Made by a program: the position numbers and the translations under genes. The notes beneath the pieces are model-generated. The model saw only the letters and a program-made list of their open reading frames with translations, did no database searches and was not told the origin of the DNA. 64,000 nt of DNA from Gemmatimonadaceae bacterium (lineage in GTDB: Bacteria; Gemmatimonadota; Gemmatimonadetes; Gemmatimonadales; Gemmatimonadaceae), in NCBI GenBank assembly GCA_045803545.1, contig JBJMOW010000005.1:32001-96000 (forward strand). Direction: 5' to 3'. Within the stretch, counting starts at the first letter, position 1, and each line of letters starts with the position of its first letter. Shown here piece by piece: positions 51,669 to 61,526 of this stretch.

Positions 51669-52960
51669 TAGCGACTTCCCTCGGCCGCAGCGACCATCTC
51701 GCGACGCCGATCGATTGCGCGTAAGCGCTGGAGCTCTCGCGCAGACATCCGCCCATAGGCGGGACTGATAATCCGTCCGCGATCGAGTATCGCGAACAGC
51801 ACGATGATCAACGCGATGTTGAAGCTGCCGAGAATCGCGGCCTGCATCATTCCCTGTCCGATTCCCGCGGCGCTAAGTCCAAGCAACACTGCCGCGATCA
51901 GCACGATGTAGATGAGTGCCAGCGGCAGCATGAACTTCCAGCCAAGAGACATCAGCTGGTCATAGCGGAAGCGAGGCAGTGTCCAGCGCACCCACATGTA
52001 GAGAAACAGGAAGAACAGGATCTTCGCGAGGAAGATGAAAACCGACAGCAGCGACAGCCAGCCGGAGTACGGGCCGATATTGTCGTGCGCGGTGAAAGGC
52101 ACGTCCCATCCGCCGAAGAAAAGCGTCGCCATCAGCGCACTGGCGGTCACCATGCTGGCGTATTCGGCGATGAAGAACAGCGAGAACTTCATCGCACTGT
52201 ATTCGGTGTGATAGCCCGCGATCAGCTCCGATTCGGCCTCGGGCAGATCGAACGGAAGCCGATTGGTCTCAGCGAACGCAGCGACCATGAAGATGAAAAA
52301 CGCGACGGTGAGGTTCACAACGTTCCAGCCGCCCCACGCCTGCTGGGTGATGATCGCGTTCAGGCTGACGTTGCCCGCGAGCAACAGCACAGGTATCGTC
52401 GACATTCCCATTGAGATCTCGTACGACACCATTTGTGCGCTCGACCGCAAGCCGCCAAGCAAAGCGTATTTGTTGTTCGACGACCACCCTGCGAGCACAA
52501 TCCCGTACACGCCAAGCGATGTGATCGCCAGAATGAAAAGGAAGCCGACCGGTAGATCGGCGACGACCAGATCGACTCTTCCCCACCGCGTAGCGACTGG
52601 CGCCCCGAAGGGAATCACGCACCAGGCCGTAAGCGCGGGAATAAAAGCCAGCATCGGCGCCAGGACGAACAACACCTTGTTCACGCCCGCCGGCATCGTC
52701 TCTTCCTTCATGAAGTTCTTGAGACCGTCCGCCGCGGGCTGCAGCCAACCTTTGCCAACTCGGTTCGGTCCGTGGCGATCCTGAATCCACGCCGAGATCT
52801 TGCGCTCGGCGAGTGTCAGCATCGCAACGCCGATCATGTAGACGGTGAAGATGATCAGCAGCTTGAGCACCGTGAACAGGAAAAACGGCATCCCGCTGAC
52901 AGGAGTGTTGTTGGGATCGATCGGGACCTGAAGTAGCGCGAAAACCGGAGCTCCGATCAT
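51668..52960 (-). CDS. nuoH: NADH-quinone oxidoreductase subunit H
   Basis: ERK...Q.R.GPNRVG, AETNRLPFDLPEAESEL, PRFRYDQLM. Confidence 0.96.
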   Translation of the reverse strand: MIGAPVFALLQVPIDPNNTPVSGMPFFLFTVLKLLIIFTVYMIGVAMLTLAERKISAWIQDRHGPNRVGKGWLQPAADGLKNFMKEETMPAGVNKVLFVLAPMLAFIPALTAWCVIPFGAPVATRWGRVDLVVADLPVGFLFILAITSLGVYGIVLAGWSSNNKYALLGGLRSSAQMVSYEISMGMSTIPVLLLAGNVSLNAIITQQAWGGWNVVNLTVAFFIFMVAAFAETNRLPFDLPEAESELIAGYHTEYSAMKFSLFFIAEYASMVTASALMATLFFGGWDVPFTAHDNIGPYSGWLSLLSVFIFLAKILFFLFLYMWVRWTLPRFRYDQLMSLGWKFMLPLALIYIVLIAAVLLGLSAAGIGQGMMQAAILGSFNIALIIVLFAILDRGRIISPAYGRMSARELQRLRAIDRRREMVAAAEGSR

Positions 52961-54540
52961 GACGCACCCACTGCGATCGGCGCCTTTTGTCCGTTGGACG
53001 GCGCGTCAACGACCGGCAAGCCTTTGAAGCCAATCGAATCGTACGACAGACCGGCAAAAGACTTGTGGCTACTTGCCAGTTTTGCGAAGACGTCCGATGG
53101 AAGGAAGAAACTGCTTTGTCTTCCCAACGCGCCAAGCAGATCGCCGAGTACCAGCCAGCTCGGCCTGGATTCGCCCGGCGCCTGACGTGCCTGCGTGAAC
53201 CGCTGCACTCTGCCGCGCAGATTCGTAACAGTTCCTTCCTCTTCCGAGAAATTCGCGATCGGCAGCACGACGGCAGCGTTGCGCGCAATTTCCGGCAGAA
53301 CCGAACCAACCACCACGACAGCTCCGGCCTTTGAGATCGCGGAAGCGTCGATACCCTGGAGATCCTCGCCTGCGACAACCAGCGTGTCGCCCTGACCGAG
53401 GTCGGCCAGGAGATCTTTGGTCTTGCGGAATCCGAGCGTTTCGGCGCCGTAGACGTTGGCGGCGCGCTCGCGACGCAGAGCGAGATCCTCCACACCCGGC
53501 AACGGCGCTTCGTCGCCTTCCTGAACCCGGAAGCAGCCGCTGCCTCCCTGCATCAACTGGGTGAGCAGAAAGAGAGATTCGTTGGAGAGCATTGGCGACG
53601 CGGCAACGAAAACCTTTTTGCCATTCAGCAGCCGCGCTGCCGAATTAATCGCGCCTTCCCAACTCGTGGGGACGAGCCCATTGGTGCCACGCACCATCGG
53701 CTGCTCGATGCGGTTCTTCTCATTCATCCAGCGGTAGTTGAGACGACCCCAGTCGCACATGAAGAAGGCATTGACGTGCTCGTTGGGGCGCGGCCGCATT
53801 CTCACGATCTGATTGTCCCGCGTCTCCATCATGACGTTGCAGCCCTGAGTGCAGTTCGGGCAGATCGACGCCGCGCGATCGAGCTCCCATGCGCGTGCCT
53901 TGTTGAGGAAGTCCTTCGAGAGCAGCGCGCCGACCGGACACAGGTCGATGACATTGGCCGCCCAGGGGTGGGTCATATCCTGCCCTTCGAATTTGCCGAT
54001 CACCGCACGATCACCACGCTCGCTGACGTTGAGCACCGGATCCTTCGCAACGTCGTCCATAAAGCGCACGCATCGTGTGCAAAGGATGCAGCGGTTGGGC
54101 ACGTAGATCACGTCGCCGCCGAAATCCTCGGCCGGATTGAATCGCTTCGGCTCACGATACCGTGAATCGGCGCGACCTTCCTGATAGGTGTAGTCCTGAA
54201 GCTCGCATTCACCGGACTGATCGCAGATTGGACAGTCGAGCGGGTGATTGATAAGCAGCATCTCGAGCACGCCCTGGCGAGCGTCGAGTGCCTTGTCGGT
54301 GTGAACCCGAACAACCTGACCTTCGGCAACGGTCGTCGCGCACGACGGAGCCAGCTTGGGCGCCTTCTCGACTTCGACCAGACACATTCTGCAGACACCC
54401 GCGACCGGAAGCCCGGGATGGTAGCAGTAGTGCGGAATCAAAATTCCGGCAGTTTTTGCTGCCTCGAGAATCGTCGTGCCTTCTGGCACGCTGACTTGTC
54501 GTCCTTCGACCGTGAGATTCACCATCTTCTGATCGGCCAT
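52957..54540 (-). CDS. nuoG: NADH-quinone oxidoreductase subunit G (short, 527 aa)
   Basis: IPHYCYH..CRMC, HPLDCPICDQ.GECELQ, CILCTRC, CPVGAL, CPNCTQGC..C; ATG 54540 coupled to nuoF stop. Confidence 0.93.
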   Translation of the reverse strand: MADQKMVNLTVEGRQVSVPEGTTILEAAKTAGILIPHYCYHPGLPVAGVCRMCLVEVEKAPKLAPSCATTVAEGQVVRVHTDKALDARQGVLEMLLINHPLDCPICDQSGECELQDYTYQEGRADSRYREPKRFNPAEDFGGDVIYVPNRCILCTRCVRFMDDVAKDPVLNVSERGDRAVIGKFEGQDMTHPWAANVIDLCPVGALLSKDFLNKARAWELDRAASICPNCTQGCNVMMETRDNQIVRMRPRPNEHVNAFFMCDWGRLNYRWMNEKNRIEQPMVRGTNGLVPTSWEGAINSAARLLNGKKVFVAASPMLSNESLFLLTQLMQGGSGCFRVQEGDEAPLPGVEDLALRRERAANVYGAETLGFRKTKDLLADLGQGDTLVVAGEDLQGIDASAISKAGAVVVVGSVLPEIARNAAVVLPIANFSEEEGTVTNLRGRVQRFTQARQAPGESRPSWLVLGDLLGALGRQSSFFLPSDVFAKLASSHKSFAGLSYDSIGFKGLPVVDAPSNGQKAPIAVGAS

Positions 54541-55853
54541 TACGCTACCGCCGCTGTCACGGGATGGAAGCGGCGACCCTGGATCAGCGCTTCGAACTCG
54601 TTGCGGAATTTCTTGATCCCCGACACCACCGGCACCGCGCACGAATCACTCAGCACGCAGATTGTCTTGCCCGTCATCTGTTCGGCGATGTCCATAAGTG
54701 TGTCGAGATCTTCAACCGTGCCTTCGCCGTCGCGAATGCGTTCGAGGATCTTGGTCGTCCACGCCGTGCCCTCTCGGCACTGCGTACACTGGGAGCAGCT
54801 CTCGTGCGCGAAGAAGCGGGCGATGCGCGCGATCACAGTGACCATCGGCTGCGCGTCGTCGATCACGATCACGCCCCCCGAGCCGAGCATTGATCCCTTC
54901 TCGACGAAGCCCTCGTAGTCCATCAGGGTTGCTTCGGCTTCGTCCATTGTCTGGATCGGCACCGAGGCGCCTCCTGGAATGACGGCTTTGAACTTCCGCC
55001 CGTGCAGTGGTCCACCACACAGATCATAGAGAAACTCGCGGAACGGGAAACCCATAACTACTTCATAGGTCCCCGGGCGAACGACATTGCCGCACACGGA
55101 GAACAGTTTGGTGCCCGTGCTCTTCGGGTTGGAGAGCGACATCTTCTTGTACCAGTCGGCGCCGTTCAGAAGAATCGGCGCGGCAGCGATCAACGTTTCG
55201 ACGTTGTTGATCGTCGTGGGCATTCCGAACACGCCCGACACGGCAGGGAACGGCGGCTTGATGCGCGGATTGCCGCGACGACCCTCCAGCGAATTCATCA
55301 GCGCGGTTTCTTCGCCGCAGATATACGCGCCGGCGCCTTTGTGAACGTGCACATCGATGCGCTTGCCGGTGCCCATCGCGTTCTTGCCGATGATTCCGGC
55401 CGCGTACGCTTCCTTCACCGCCTTCTCCATCCAATAGAGAGGCTCGGTGAACTCGCCGCGGATGTAGATGTACGCGGTCTCAGCTCCAATCGCGTAGGCG
55501 CCGATCGCACAGCCTTCGACGAGTGCGTGCGGCGTCCACCGCATTAGCTCACGGTCCTTGAAGGTGCCGGGCTCCGATTCGTCGGCATTGCAGCATAGGT
55601 AGTGTGGCTTGCCGTCGCCGGGTTTCATGAACGACCACTTCATGCCGGTCGGAAACCCCGCTCCGCCGCGCCCGCGCAACCCGGACTCCTTGACGACGTT
55701 CACGATGTCAGCCGGCGCCATTCCCAGCGCTTTCTCCAGCGCCTTGTAGCCGCCGCGTTTTTTCCAGCCGTCGAGGGTGCGCGCTTCAGTGTCGCCGAAA
55801 TGTTTCGACAACACCGGGGTCTCGCGCGGATGTGATGGATGCGGAAAACCCAT
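54540..55853 (-). CDS. nuoF: NADH-quinone oxidoreductase subunit F
   Basis: GRGGAGFPTG.KW, NADESEPGTFKDR, GAGAYICGEETAL, ESCSQCTQCREG. Confidence 0.97.
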   Translation of the reverse strand: MGFPHPSHPRETPVLSKHFGDTEARTLDGWKKRGGYKALEKALGMAPADIVNVVKESGLRGRGGAGFPTGMKWSFMKPGDGKPHYLCCNADESEPGTFKDRELMRWTPHALVEGCAIGAYAIGAETAYIYIRGEFTEPLYWMEKAVKEAYAAGIIGKNAMGTGKRIDVHVHKGAGAYICGEETALMNSLEGRRGNPRIKPPFPAVSGVFGMPTTINNVETLIAAAPILLNGADWYKKMSLSNPKSTGTKLFSVCGNVVRPGTYEVVMGFPFREFLYDLCGGPLHGRKFKAVIPGGASVPIQTMDEAEATLMDYEGFVEKGSMLGSGGVIVIDDAQPMVTVIARIARFFAHESCSQCTQCREGTAWTTKILERIRDGEGTVEDLDTLMDIAEQMTGKTICVLSDSCAVPVVSGIKKFRNEFEALIQGRRFHPVTAAVA

Positions 55854-55855
55854 TG

Positions 55856-56404
55856 CTATGTCAGTTTTGCGAGAATGTCAGGAACCTTGTCGGGCGTTAC
55901 AGACTCGATGAATTCCTCGTTGATCATCACGGGCGTGGCAAAGCCGCAGGCGCCGAGACATTCGACTTCGATCACGGTGAACTTGCTATCAGGAGAAGTG
56001 ACGCCAAGCTCGCCGGTGTTGGTATGTCGCAAAAATGACTTGACGACATCTTCAGCGCCGCAAATCCCGCATGGCGAGGTTGTGCAGACCTGTATGAAGT
56101 ATTTGCCGACCGGGTGCTGGTGATACATGGTGTAGAAGGTGACGACACCTTTCACGTACGCCGGGGTCAACTCGAGGAGCGCCGCAACTTCCGCCATTCC
56201 TTCTTCAGGAACCCAGCCGCGCTCACGCTGCACGATCCAAAGAGCGGGCAGCAACGCCGCCATTTTGTTGGGATATCTGCTCAGCAGCTCATCGAGCTCG
56301 CGACGCAGATCACCGGTAAACACCGGTGCGTACGGCTCATGCCCCGCGCGATCGTGCGACGCGTAGTCGGGCGACTCGAGTCCGCCAACGAGCTCCGGCG
56401 TCAC
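55856..56404 (-). CDS. nuoE: NADH-quinone oxidoreductase subunit E
   Basis: VTFYTMY, VCTTSPC, ECLGAC (2Fe-2S); start uncertain. Confidence 0.94.
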   Translation of the reverse strand: MTPELVGGLESPDYASHDRAGHEPYAPVFTGDLRRELDELLSRYPNKMAALLPALWIVQRERGWVPEEGMAEVAALLELTPAYVKGVVTFYTMYHQHPVGKYFIQVCTTSPCGICGAEDVVKSFLRHTNTGELGVTSPDSKFTVIEVECLGACGFATPVMINEEFIESVTPDKVPDILAKLT

Positions 56405-57708
56405 CGGTCGATCTCTCCCATGACGATGTCGATGCTGGCGTTGATCGCGATCACGTCGGACAGCAAATGCCCTTCTACCATCTTGGGGATCGCCGCGAGA
56501 TTTACGAACGAAGGCGGGCGGATTCTCCAGCGCACCGGTTTGGCCGTGCCGTCTGATACCATATAGTAGCCCTTCTCACCCTTCGGGCTCTCCACCGCGA
56601 AGTACGATTCACCAATCGGCGGGCGTGGCCCTTCCATCACAACCTTGAAGTGGTGGATCATCGACTCCATCTCGCTCGTCGCTTTCGACTTGGGCGGGAG
56701 GATTATGCGTGGATCGTCGATGTTGACCGGGCCATCAGGCAGCCGGTCGGCGGCCTGGGCCAGAATGCGATTCGACTGACGAAGCTCCTCGAATCTCACC
56801 AGGTAGCGATCGTAGACATCGCCGTTGGTGCCGATCGGCACATCAAAATCGTAGGTCTCGTAATCGAGATAGGGGAAATCCTTTCGCACGTCGTAGTCGA
56901 CGCCGGACGCGCGCAGCATCGGGCCGGAAAGGCCCCAGTTGATCGCTTCCTCAGGCGACATCACGCCGAGTCCAACGGTGCGGCCGACCCAGATCGCGTT
57001 CTTCGTGAGCACGCGATCGATTTCGTCTAGGGTGTGTGGGAAGGTGCGTACGAATTGGCGGAGCCCATCCATCCATCCGCTTGGAATATCCGCCGCCATT
57101 CCGCCGACTCGGGTGGCGGACGTCGTCAGTCGGGCGCCAATCCATTTCTCGAGCAGACGATAGATCTCTTCGCGCCGCTGGAACGCCCACAGGAACGGTG
57201 TAAACGCGCCGATATCAATGCAGAACGTTCCGAGCCAGACGAGGTGCGACATGATGCGTGACAGCTCAGAAGCAATCACGCGGAGAACTGTGCATCGCTC
57301 AGTGGTCTCGATGCCGAACAGCCGTTCCGCGCCGAGCGCGAATGCAACATTGTTGCCGATCGAGTTCAGGTAGTCTTCGCGATCAGTCCACGGAATGATC
57401 TGATTGTACTGACGATATTCGCCGATTTTTTCGAAGCCGCAGTGCAAGTAGCCGATGTGAGGAATGCAGCGAACGACTGTCTCGCCATCGAGCTCGAGAA
57501 CCAGGCGCAACACGCCGTGCGTCGCCGGATGCTGCGGCCCGATGTTGATGAGCATGTGCTCACCCTCGAGCTCCGGCTCCAGTGCGGGCGGTGCCTGAAG
57601 TGCGAGTCCACCTCCACCCTCGTCGGTGAGAATCGGCACACGCTGCGGACGCCCCTGTGCATCGAGGCCGGTTGTCGAGAGCTCTACCTCGACGGTGCGC
57701 TTGGCCAT
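56401..57708 (-). CDS. nuoD: NADH-quinone oxidoreductase subunit D
   Basis: NIGPQHPATHGVLRL, GYLH.GFEK, ESPKGE, DIVMGEIDR. Confidence 0.97.
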   Translation of the reverse strand: MAKRTVEVELSTTGLDAQGRPQRVPILTDEGGGGLALQAPPALEPELEGEHMLINIGPQHPATHGVLRLVLELDGETVVRCIPHIGYLHCGFEKIGEYRQYNQIIPWTDREDYLNSIGNNVAFALGAERLFGIETTERCTVLRVIASELSRIMSHLVWLGTFCIDIGAFTPFLWAFQRREEIYRLLEKWIGARLTTSATRVGGMAADIPSGWMDGLRQFVRTFPHTLDEIDRVLTKNAIWVGRTVGLGVMSPEEAINWGLSGPMLRASGVDYDVRKDFPYLDYETYDFDVPIGTNGDVYDRYLVRFEELRQSNRILAQAADRLPDGPVNIDDPRIILPPKSKATSEMESMIHHFKVVMEGPRPPIGESYFAVESPKGEKGYYMVSDGTAKPVRWRIRPPSFVNLAAIPKMVEGHLLSDVIAINASIDIVMGEIDR

Positions 57709-58403
57709 TACTCGCCGGTCCTCTCGCCTTTGCTCAGGCGTCGCTTCATGTCCTCAGGCAGCTCTGCGAACGCATCGGCGATCGAAAGCTCCTCCATCGA
57801 GTAGCGGGCCTCAGGATTCTGCGCCAGCGATTGACGCAGCTGCTCCGACCGACTGAAACGTCCGCGCAGCGGGAAATCCTTGCGGAGAGGGAAGCCTTCC
57901 TTGTACGACTCCCACATCAGGATGCGGCGAAGATCGGGATGGCCGCTGAACTGAATGCCGAACATGTCGTAGCATTCGCGCTCGAGCCAATCCGCACTCT
58001 TGTAGATGTCGTAGACACTGGCCACCGCCATCGGTTGTCCTTTCGGCAGCTGCACCTTCACCCGCAGGAAACGTCTATAGGGCAACGAACGAAGGTGCCA
58101 GACGACTTCGACGGGCACGTCTGCGTCGCGGTATTCGACCGCCGTCACGTCCGCGAGAAAGTCGTACTGCTGCGATGGATCGTCGTGCAGCCAGCTGATG
58201 ATCTCGTGGACCCTGGTCTGATCGACGTAGACGATCGTTTCACCCCAGATCACTTCGCGACGCTTGAGGGCGCCGCCAAATTTTTCCGCGAGCGCCGCGG
58301 CGGATGGATTCGCCTCTGCGTCGCGGTGTTGCACGGCCTTCGGTGTGGACGGCTGTCCACTCGCTGCTGCGCGGCCAGTGCGGAGGATATCGAACCGACT
58401 CAC
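57708..58403 (-). CDS. nuoC: NADH-quinone oxidoreductase subunit C
   Basis: [32 protein letters not shown]; start uncertain. Confidence 0.94.
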   Translation of the reverse strand: MSRFDILRTGRAAASGQPSTPKAVQHRDAEANPSAAALAEKFGGALKRREVIWGETIVYVDQTRVHEIISWLHDDPSQQYDFLADVTAVEYRDADVPVEVVWHLRSLPYRRFLRVKVQLPKGQPMAVASVYDIYKSADWLERECYDMFGIQFSGHPDLRRILMWESYKEGFPLRKDFPLRGRFSRSEQLRQSLAQNPEARYSMEELSIADAFAELPEDMKRRLSKGERTGE

Positions 58404-59026
58404 AAACCCGATCTGGTCTGATTTACGGAGTTGCCGAATGGCTCTCCGAGCTCGTCGATCACCGACGGCGGAATGTAAAGCTGACTCTTTGGGTCCGGCT
58501 CCATCTCATCGCGCGTTCCTTTGTCAGCCGCTCGTTCGTTCTTCACCTTTTCCTGGAGCATGCGGATGCCGTAGATCAGCGCCTCCGGTCGCGGCGGACA
58601 GCCAGGAACGTAGACGTCGACCGGAATGATGGTGTCGATCCCCTGCACCACTGCGTAGTTGTCGAACATTCCGCCAGTCGAGGCACAGGCTCCCATTGAG
58701 ATGCACCATTTCGGTTGTGGCATCTGCTGCCAGATCCGCCGAAGGATCGGTGCCAGCTTGAAAGGAACACGACCGGCACAGATGAGCACATCCGCCTGCC
58801 GCGGCGAGAAGCTCATCCGCTCCATTCCAAAACGCGCCAGATCGAAGTCGCTTGCCGCAGTCGCCATGAACTCGATCGCGCAGCACGCTGTGCCGAACGG
58901 CATTGGCCAGAGAGAGTTGGCGCGCGCCCAGTTCACGAGAAAATCGAGTCGCGTGGCTACCCAGCCTTCCTGCGACTCGGGCGCGTACGCTACGGTGCGA
59001 TGCTCAGACGGAGCACTCAATCCCAT
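58400..59026 (-). CDS. nuoB: NADH-quinone oxidoreductase subunit B
   Basis: [29 protein letters not shown]. Confidence 0.97.
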   Translation of the reverse strand: MGLSAPSEHRTVAYAPESQEGWVATRLDFLVNWARANSLWPMPFGTACCAIEFMATAASDFDLARFGMERMSFSPRQADVLICAGRVPFKLAPILRRIWQQMPQPKWCISMGACASTGGMFDNYAVVQGIDTIIPVDVYVPGCPPRPEALIYGIRMLQEKVKNERAADKGTRDEMEPDPKSQLYIPPSVIDELGEPFGNSVNQTRSGL

Positions 59027-59421
59027 TGCAGTGCTCCCTTTTTCCAGACGTACACGAATCCAACCAGGAGAATCACCATGAAAACCAGCATCTCACCAAG
59101 TCCGAAGAAGGAGATGTTCCCCACCGGACAAGCGCCGTTGACGAGCGGCACGAAGCAGGAGAGCTGCTTGTAGTAGACGGCCCATGGAATCATGAACACC
59201 GTCTCGATGTCGAAGATGATGAACAGAATCGCGACAAGGTAGAAACGCACTGAGAAGCGCTCTCTTGCGTCGCCGAGGGCGGGTACGCCTGACTCGTACG
59301 CCTGTTGTTTCACCGGCGTCGGTCGAGCACGAATTGTAAGTGCCGAGATCGCAACGATCGCCAACGCATTGATCGCCACGAAACCGAGCAGCATTAGTAC
59401 CGGAAAATAGGCGCGAAACAC
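59017..59421 (-). CDS. nuoA: NADH-quinone oxidoreductase subunit A
   Basis: [40 protein letters not shown]. Confidence 0.95.
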   Translation of the reverse strand: MFRAYFPVLMLLGFVAINALAIVAISALTIRARPTPVKQQAYESGVPALGDARERFSVRFYLVAILFIIFDIETVFMIPWAVYYKQLSCFVPLVNGACPVGNISFFGLGEMLVFMVILLVGFVYVWKKGALQWD

Positions 59422-59434
59422 GGCGTCTCAGACT

Positions 59435-59452
59435 TCGTGAAAAATTTCACTA
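59435..59452. promoter_or_regulatory. Putative Rex (NADH/NAD+ sensing repressor) operator upstream of nuoA
   Basis: TCGTGAA-AAAT-TTCACTA vs Rex consensus TTGTGAA-wwww-TTCACAA (2 mismatches), between the predicted promoter and the nuoA start. Confidence 0.7.
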
Positions 59453-59466
59453 GTGCGATTTTGAGG

Positions 59467-59495
59467 AATCTACCGACGGCAATGTGCTAATTCAA
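59467..59495 (-). promoter_or_regulatory. Putative sigma70 promoter of the nuo operon
   Basis: Minus strand TTGAAT-17 nt-TAGATT. Confidence 0.6.
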
Positions 59496-59603
59496 CGGCT
59501 CCGCTCGGTGGCAGCGACAGTGCGAAAATCGTACATTCACCGTCGAAAAGGCGCGAACATGCGCGACCAACATCGCTATGTCAGGTGGTCTGTTGGTCGG
59601 CCG

Positions 59604-59631
59604 TCCCGCTTCCCCCTTCCCGCTTCCACTC
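59604..59631 (+). repeat. Pyrimidine-rich heptamer run just before dcd ATG
   Basis: TCCCGCT TCCCCCT TCCCGCT TCCACTC. Confidence 0.5.
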
Positions 59632-59638
59632 CCACACA

Positions 59639-60193
59639 ATGTCAATTCAATCGGATCGCTGGATCACCCGTATGGCCAGAGAACACGGGATGATCGAGCC
59701 CTTCGAGAGCAGTCAGGTCAGATCGGGCGTCATTTCCTACGGCGTCAGCTCTTATGGGTACGACATGAGAGTCGCGCCCGAATTCAGAATCTTCACCAAC
59801 GTGCTCAACTCGATCGTCGACCCCAAGAACTTCGATCCCAGATCCTTCGTTGAGTTCGAAGGCGACGTTTGCATCGTGCCGCCCAACTCCTTTGCGCTCG
59901 CCAGATCGGTGGAGTACTTCAGGATTCCGCGCGATGTGGTAACGATCACGGTGGGTAAATCCACCTACGCGCGTTGTGGAATCATCACCAACGTCACGCC
60001 GTTCGAGCCCGAGTGGGAAGGATTCGTGACCCTGGAGATCTCCAACACGACGCCGCTTCCGGCAAAGATCTACGCCAACGAAGGCATTGCTCAGGTTCTT
60101 TTCTTCAAGGGCGAAGAAGGACCCGAGACTTCCTACAAGGATAAAAAAGGAAAATATCAGGGGCAGAAAGGCGTAACGCTGCCGAGACTGTAA
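59639..60193 (+). CDS. dcd: dCTP deaminase
   Basis: [50 protein letters not shown] 59639. Confidence 0.96.
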   Translation: MSIQSDRWITRMAREHGMIEPFESSQVRSGVISYGVSSYGYDMRVAPEFRIFTNVLNSIVDPKNFDPRSFVEFEGDVCIVPPNSFALARSVEYFRIPRDVVTITVGKSTYARCGIITNVTPFEPEWEGFVTLEISNTTPLPAKIYANEGIAQVLFFKGEEGPETSYKDKKGKYQGQKGVTLPRL

Positions 60194-60255
60194 TCTGGCC
60201 CCTGCCTTGCCCCTAATGGGAGAACGGACCTTACTCCTCGGAGGACATCAGCCTG

Positions 60256-60561
60256 ATGCAGAATAAAGACGGCATCCAGAAAGGACCTCAGGACCACGCT
60301 GAGGGACAGCACGGCTCGAAGACCCACAGCAAATTCATCGAACAACTCCATTCACACGCCAACGGCGCCGATCAGCCCGACGCAGAACCCGTGGACGACG
60401 AGCCGAGAAATCGGATCGCGCATCACAATGCGACGCCACGTCTGTTCGGCGACCGGCAGCAGCACGACGAAGCAGAGAAAAGGAGCGAAAAGACTCGTCT
60501 CCATCGCGAACTCGAACGGCGCGGCTACGACGACAGCGAGCTTACTCCTGGAACCGGCTGA
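60256..60561 (+). CDS. Small hydrophilic His/Glu/Arg-rich hypothetical protein
   Basis: 101-aa ORF with strong SD (GGAGGA) upstream and a hairpin downstream; no family recognised. Confidence 0.6.
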   Translation: MQNKDGIQKGPQDHAEGQHGSKTHSKFIEQLHSHANGADQPDAEPVDDEPRNRIAHHNATPRLFGDRQQHDEAEKRSEKTRLHRELERRGYDDSELTPGTG

Positions 60562-60634
60562 ACGATTAGAGGTGGTGGAACCGACTGAGCGCTCGCCGGT
60601 TCCCTACCGGAACATTCCCGGGAATTTGGGACTG

Positions 60635-60753
60635 GATTGAGGCGTTCGGACCAACTGCCAGTCCGGAGTCCGGATTAATTGAGGGATTCGGAAGTTCCGC
60701 ACTCCTCAATTAATCCGCAGCCAGCAATGGCATTTGGTCCGAACGCCTCAATC
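60635..60753. repeat. 119-bp nested inverted repeat (MITE/REP-like or large hairpin)
   Basis: Perfect 20-bp outer arms 60635-60654/60734-60753 and perfect 14-bp inner arms 60671-60684/60704-60717. Confidence 0.8.
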
Positions 60754-60773
60754 TCGCACCAACCGAGCGGGTA

Positions 60774-61526
60774 TCACGGCCGAGTGCCCCACACTCCCGC
60801 CCGAATGAAATCGCGGTTCATCCGCGTGATGGAGTCGATGCTGATTTCCTTTGGACAGGCTTCCTGACACTCCCCGTGGAGTGTGCAACTGCCAAAACTC
60901 TCCAGATCCATCTGCTCGACCATGCTCAGCGCGCGTCGATATCGCTCGGGCTGGCCCTGCGGCAACAAGCCGAGATGGGTGATCTTCGCAGCGGTGAACA
61001 ACGACGCCGATGCGTTCGGGCAAGCGGCGACACACGCGCCGCATCCAATGCATTGAGCCGCATCCATTGCCGCGTCGACACTCTCTTTGGAAACCAGGAT
61101 CGAGTTTGCGTCCTGCGCTCCGCCAGTCGGCGCCGTGATGAACCCGCCAGCCTGGACGATGCGGTCGAGTGCCGAGCGATCGACGGCGAGATCCTTGATG
61201 ACCGGGAATGCCCGCGCGCGCCATGGCTCGATGTAGATCGTCGCGCCGTCCTTGAAGCTGCGCATGTGCAGCTGGCACGTCGCCGTACCCTTCATCGGTC
61301 CGTGCGCGATACCGTTGATCATCAGGCTGCAACTGCCGCAAATACCTTCCCGACAATCGTGATCGAAGGCGATCGGGACGTCTCCTCGTTCGGTCAATCC
61401 TTCATTCACGACATCCAGCATCTCGAGAAACGACATGTCGGGACTGACGTCGGTCGCCTCGTACTGAACCATCTTGCCGGGCTGGCCGGGTCCGTTTTGT
61501 CGCCAGACGTGAAGCTTGAATCGCAT
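60774..61526 (-). CDS. sdhB: Succinate dehydrogenase/fumarate reductase iron-sulfur subunit
   Basis: [37 protein letters not shown]. Confidence 0.95.
   Translation of the reverse strand: MRFKLHVWRQNGPGQPGKMVQYEATDVSPDMSFLEMLDVVNEGLTERGDVPIAFDHDCREGICGSCSLMINGIAHGPMKGTATCQLHMRSFKDGATIYIEPWRARAFPVIKDLAVDRSALDRIVQAGGFITAPTGGAQDANSILVSKESVDAAMDAAQCIGCGACVAACPNASASLFTAAKITHLGLLPQGQPERYRRALSMVEQMDLESFGSCTLHGECQEACPKEISIDSITRMNRDFIRAGVWGTRP

Noticed and set aside
52269..53495. 408-aa same-strand alternative-frame ORF across nuoG/nuoH
   Set aside because: Arg/Ser-rich out-of-frame read of two well-supported genes
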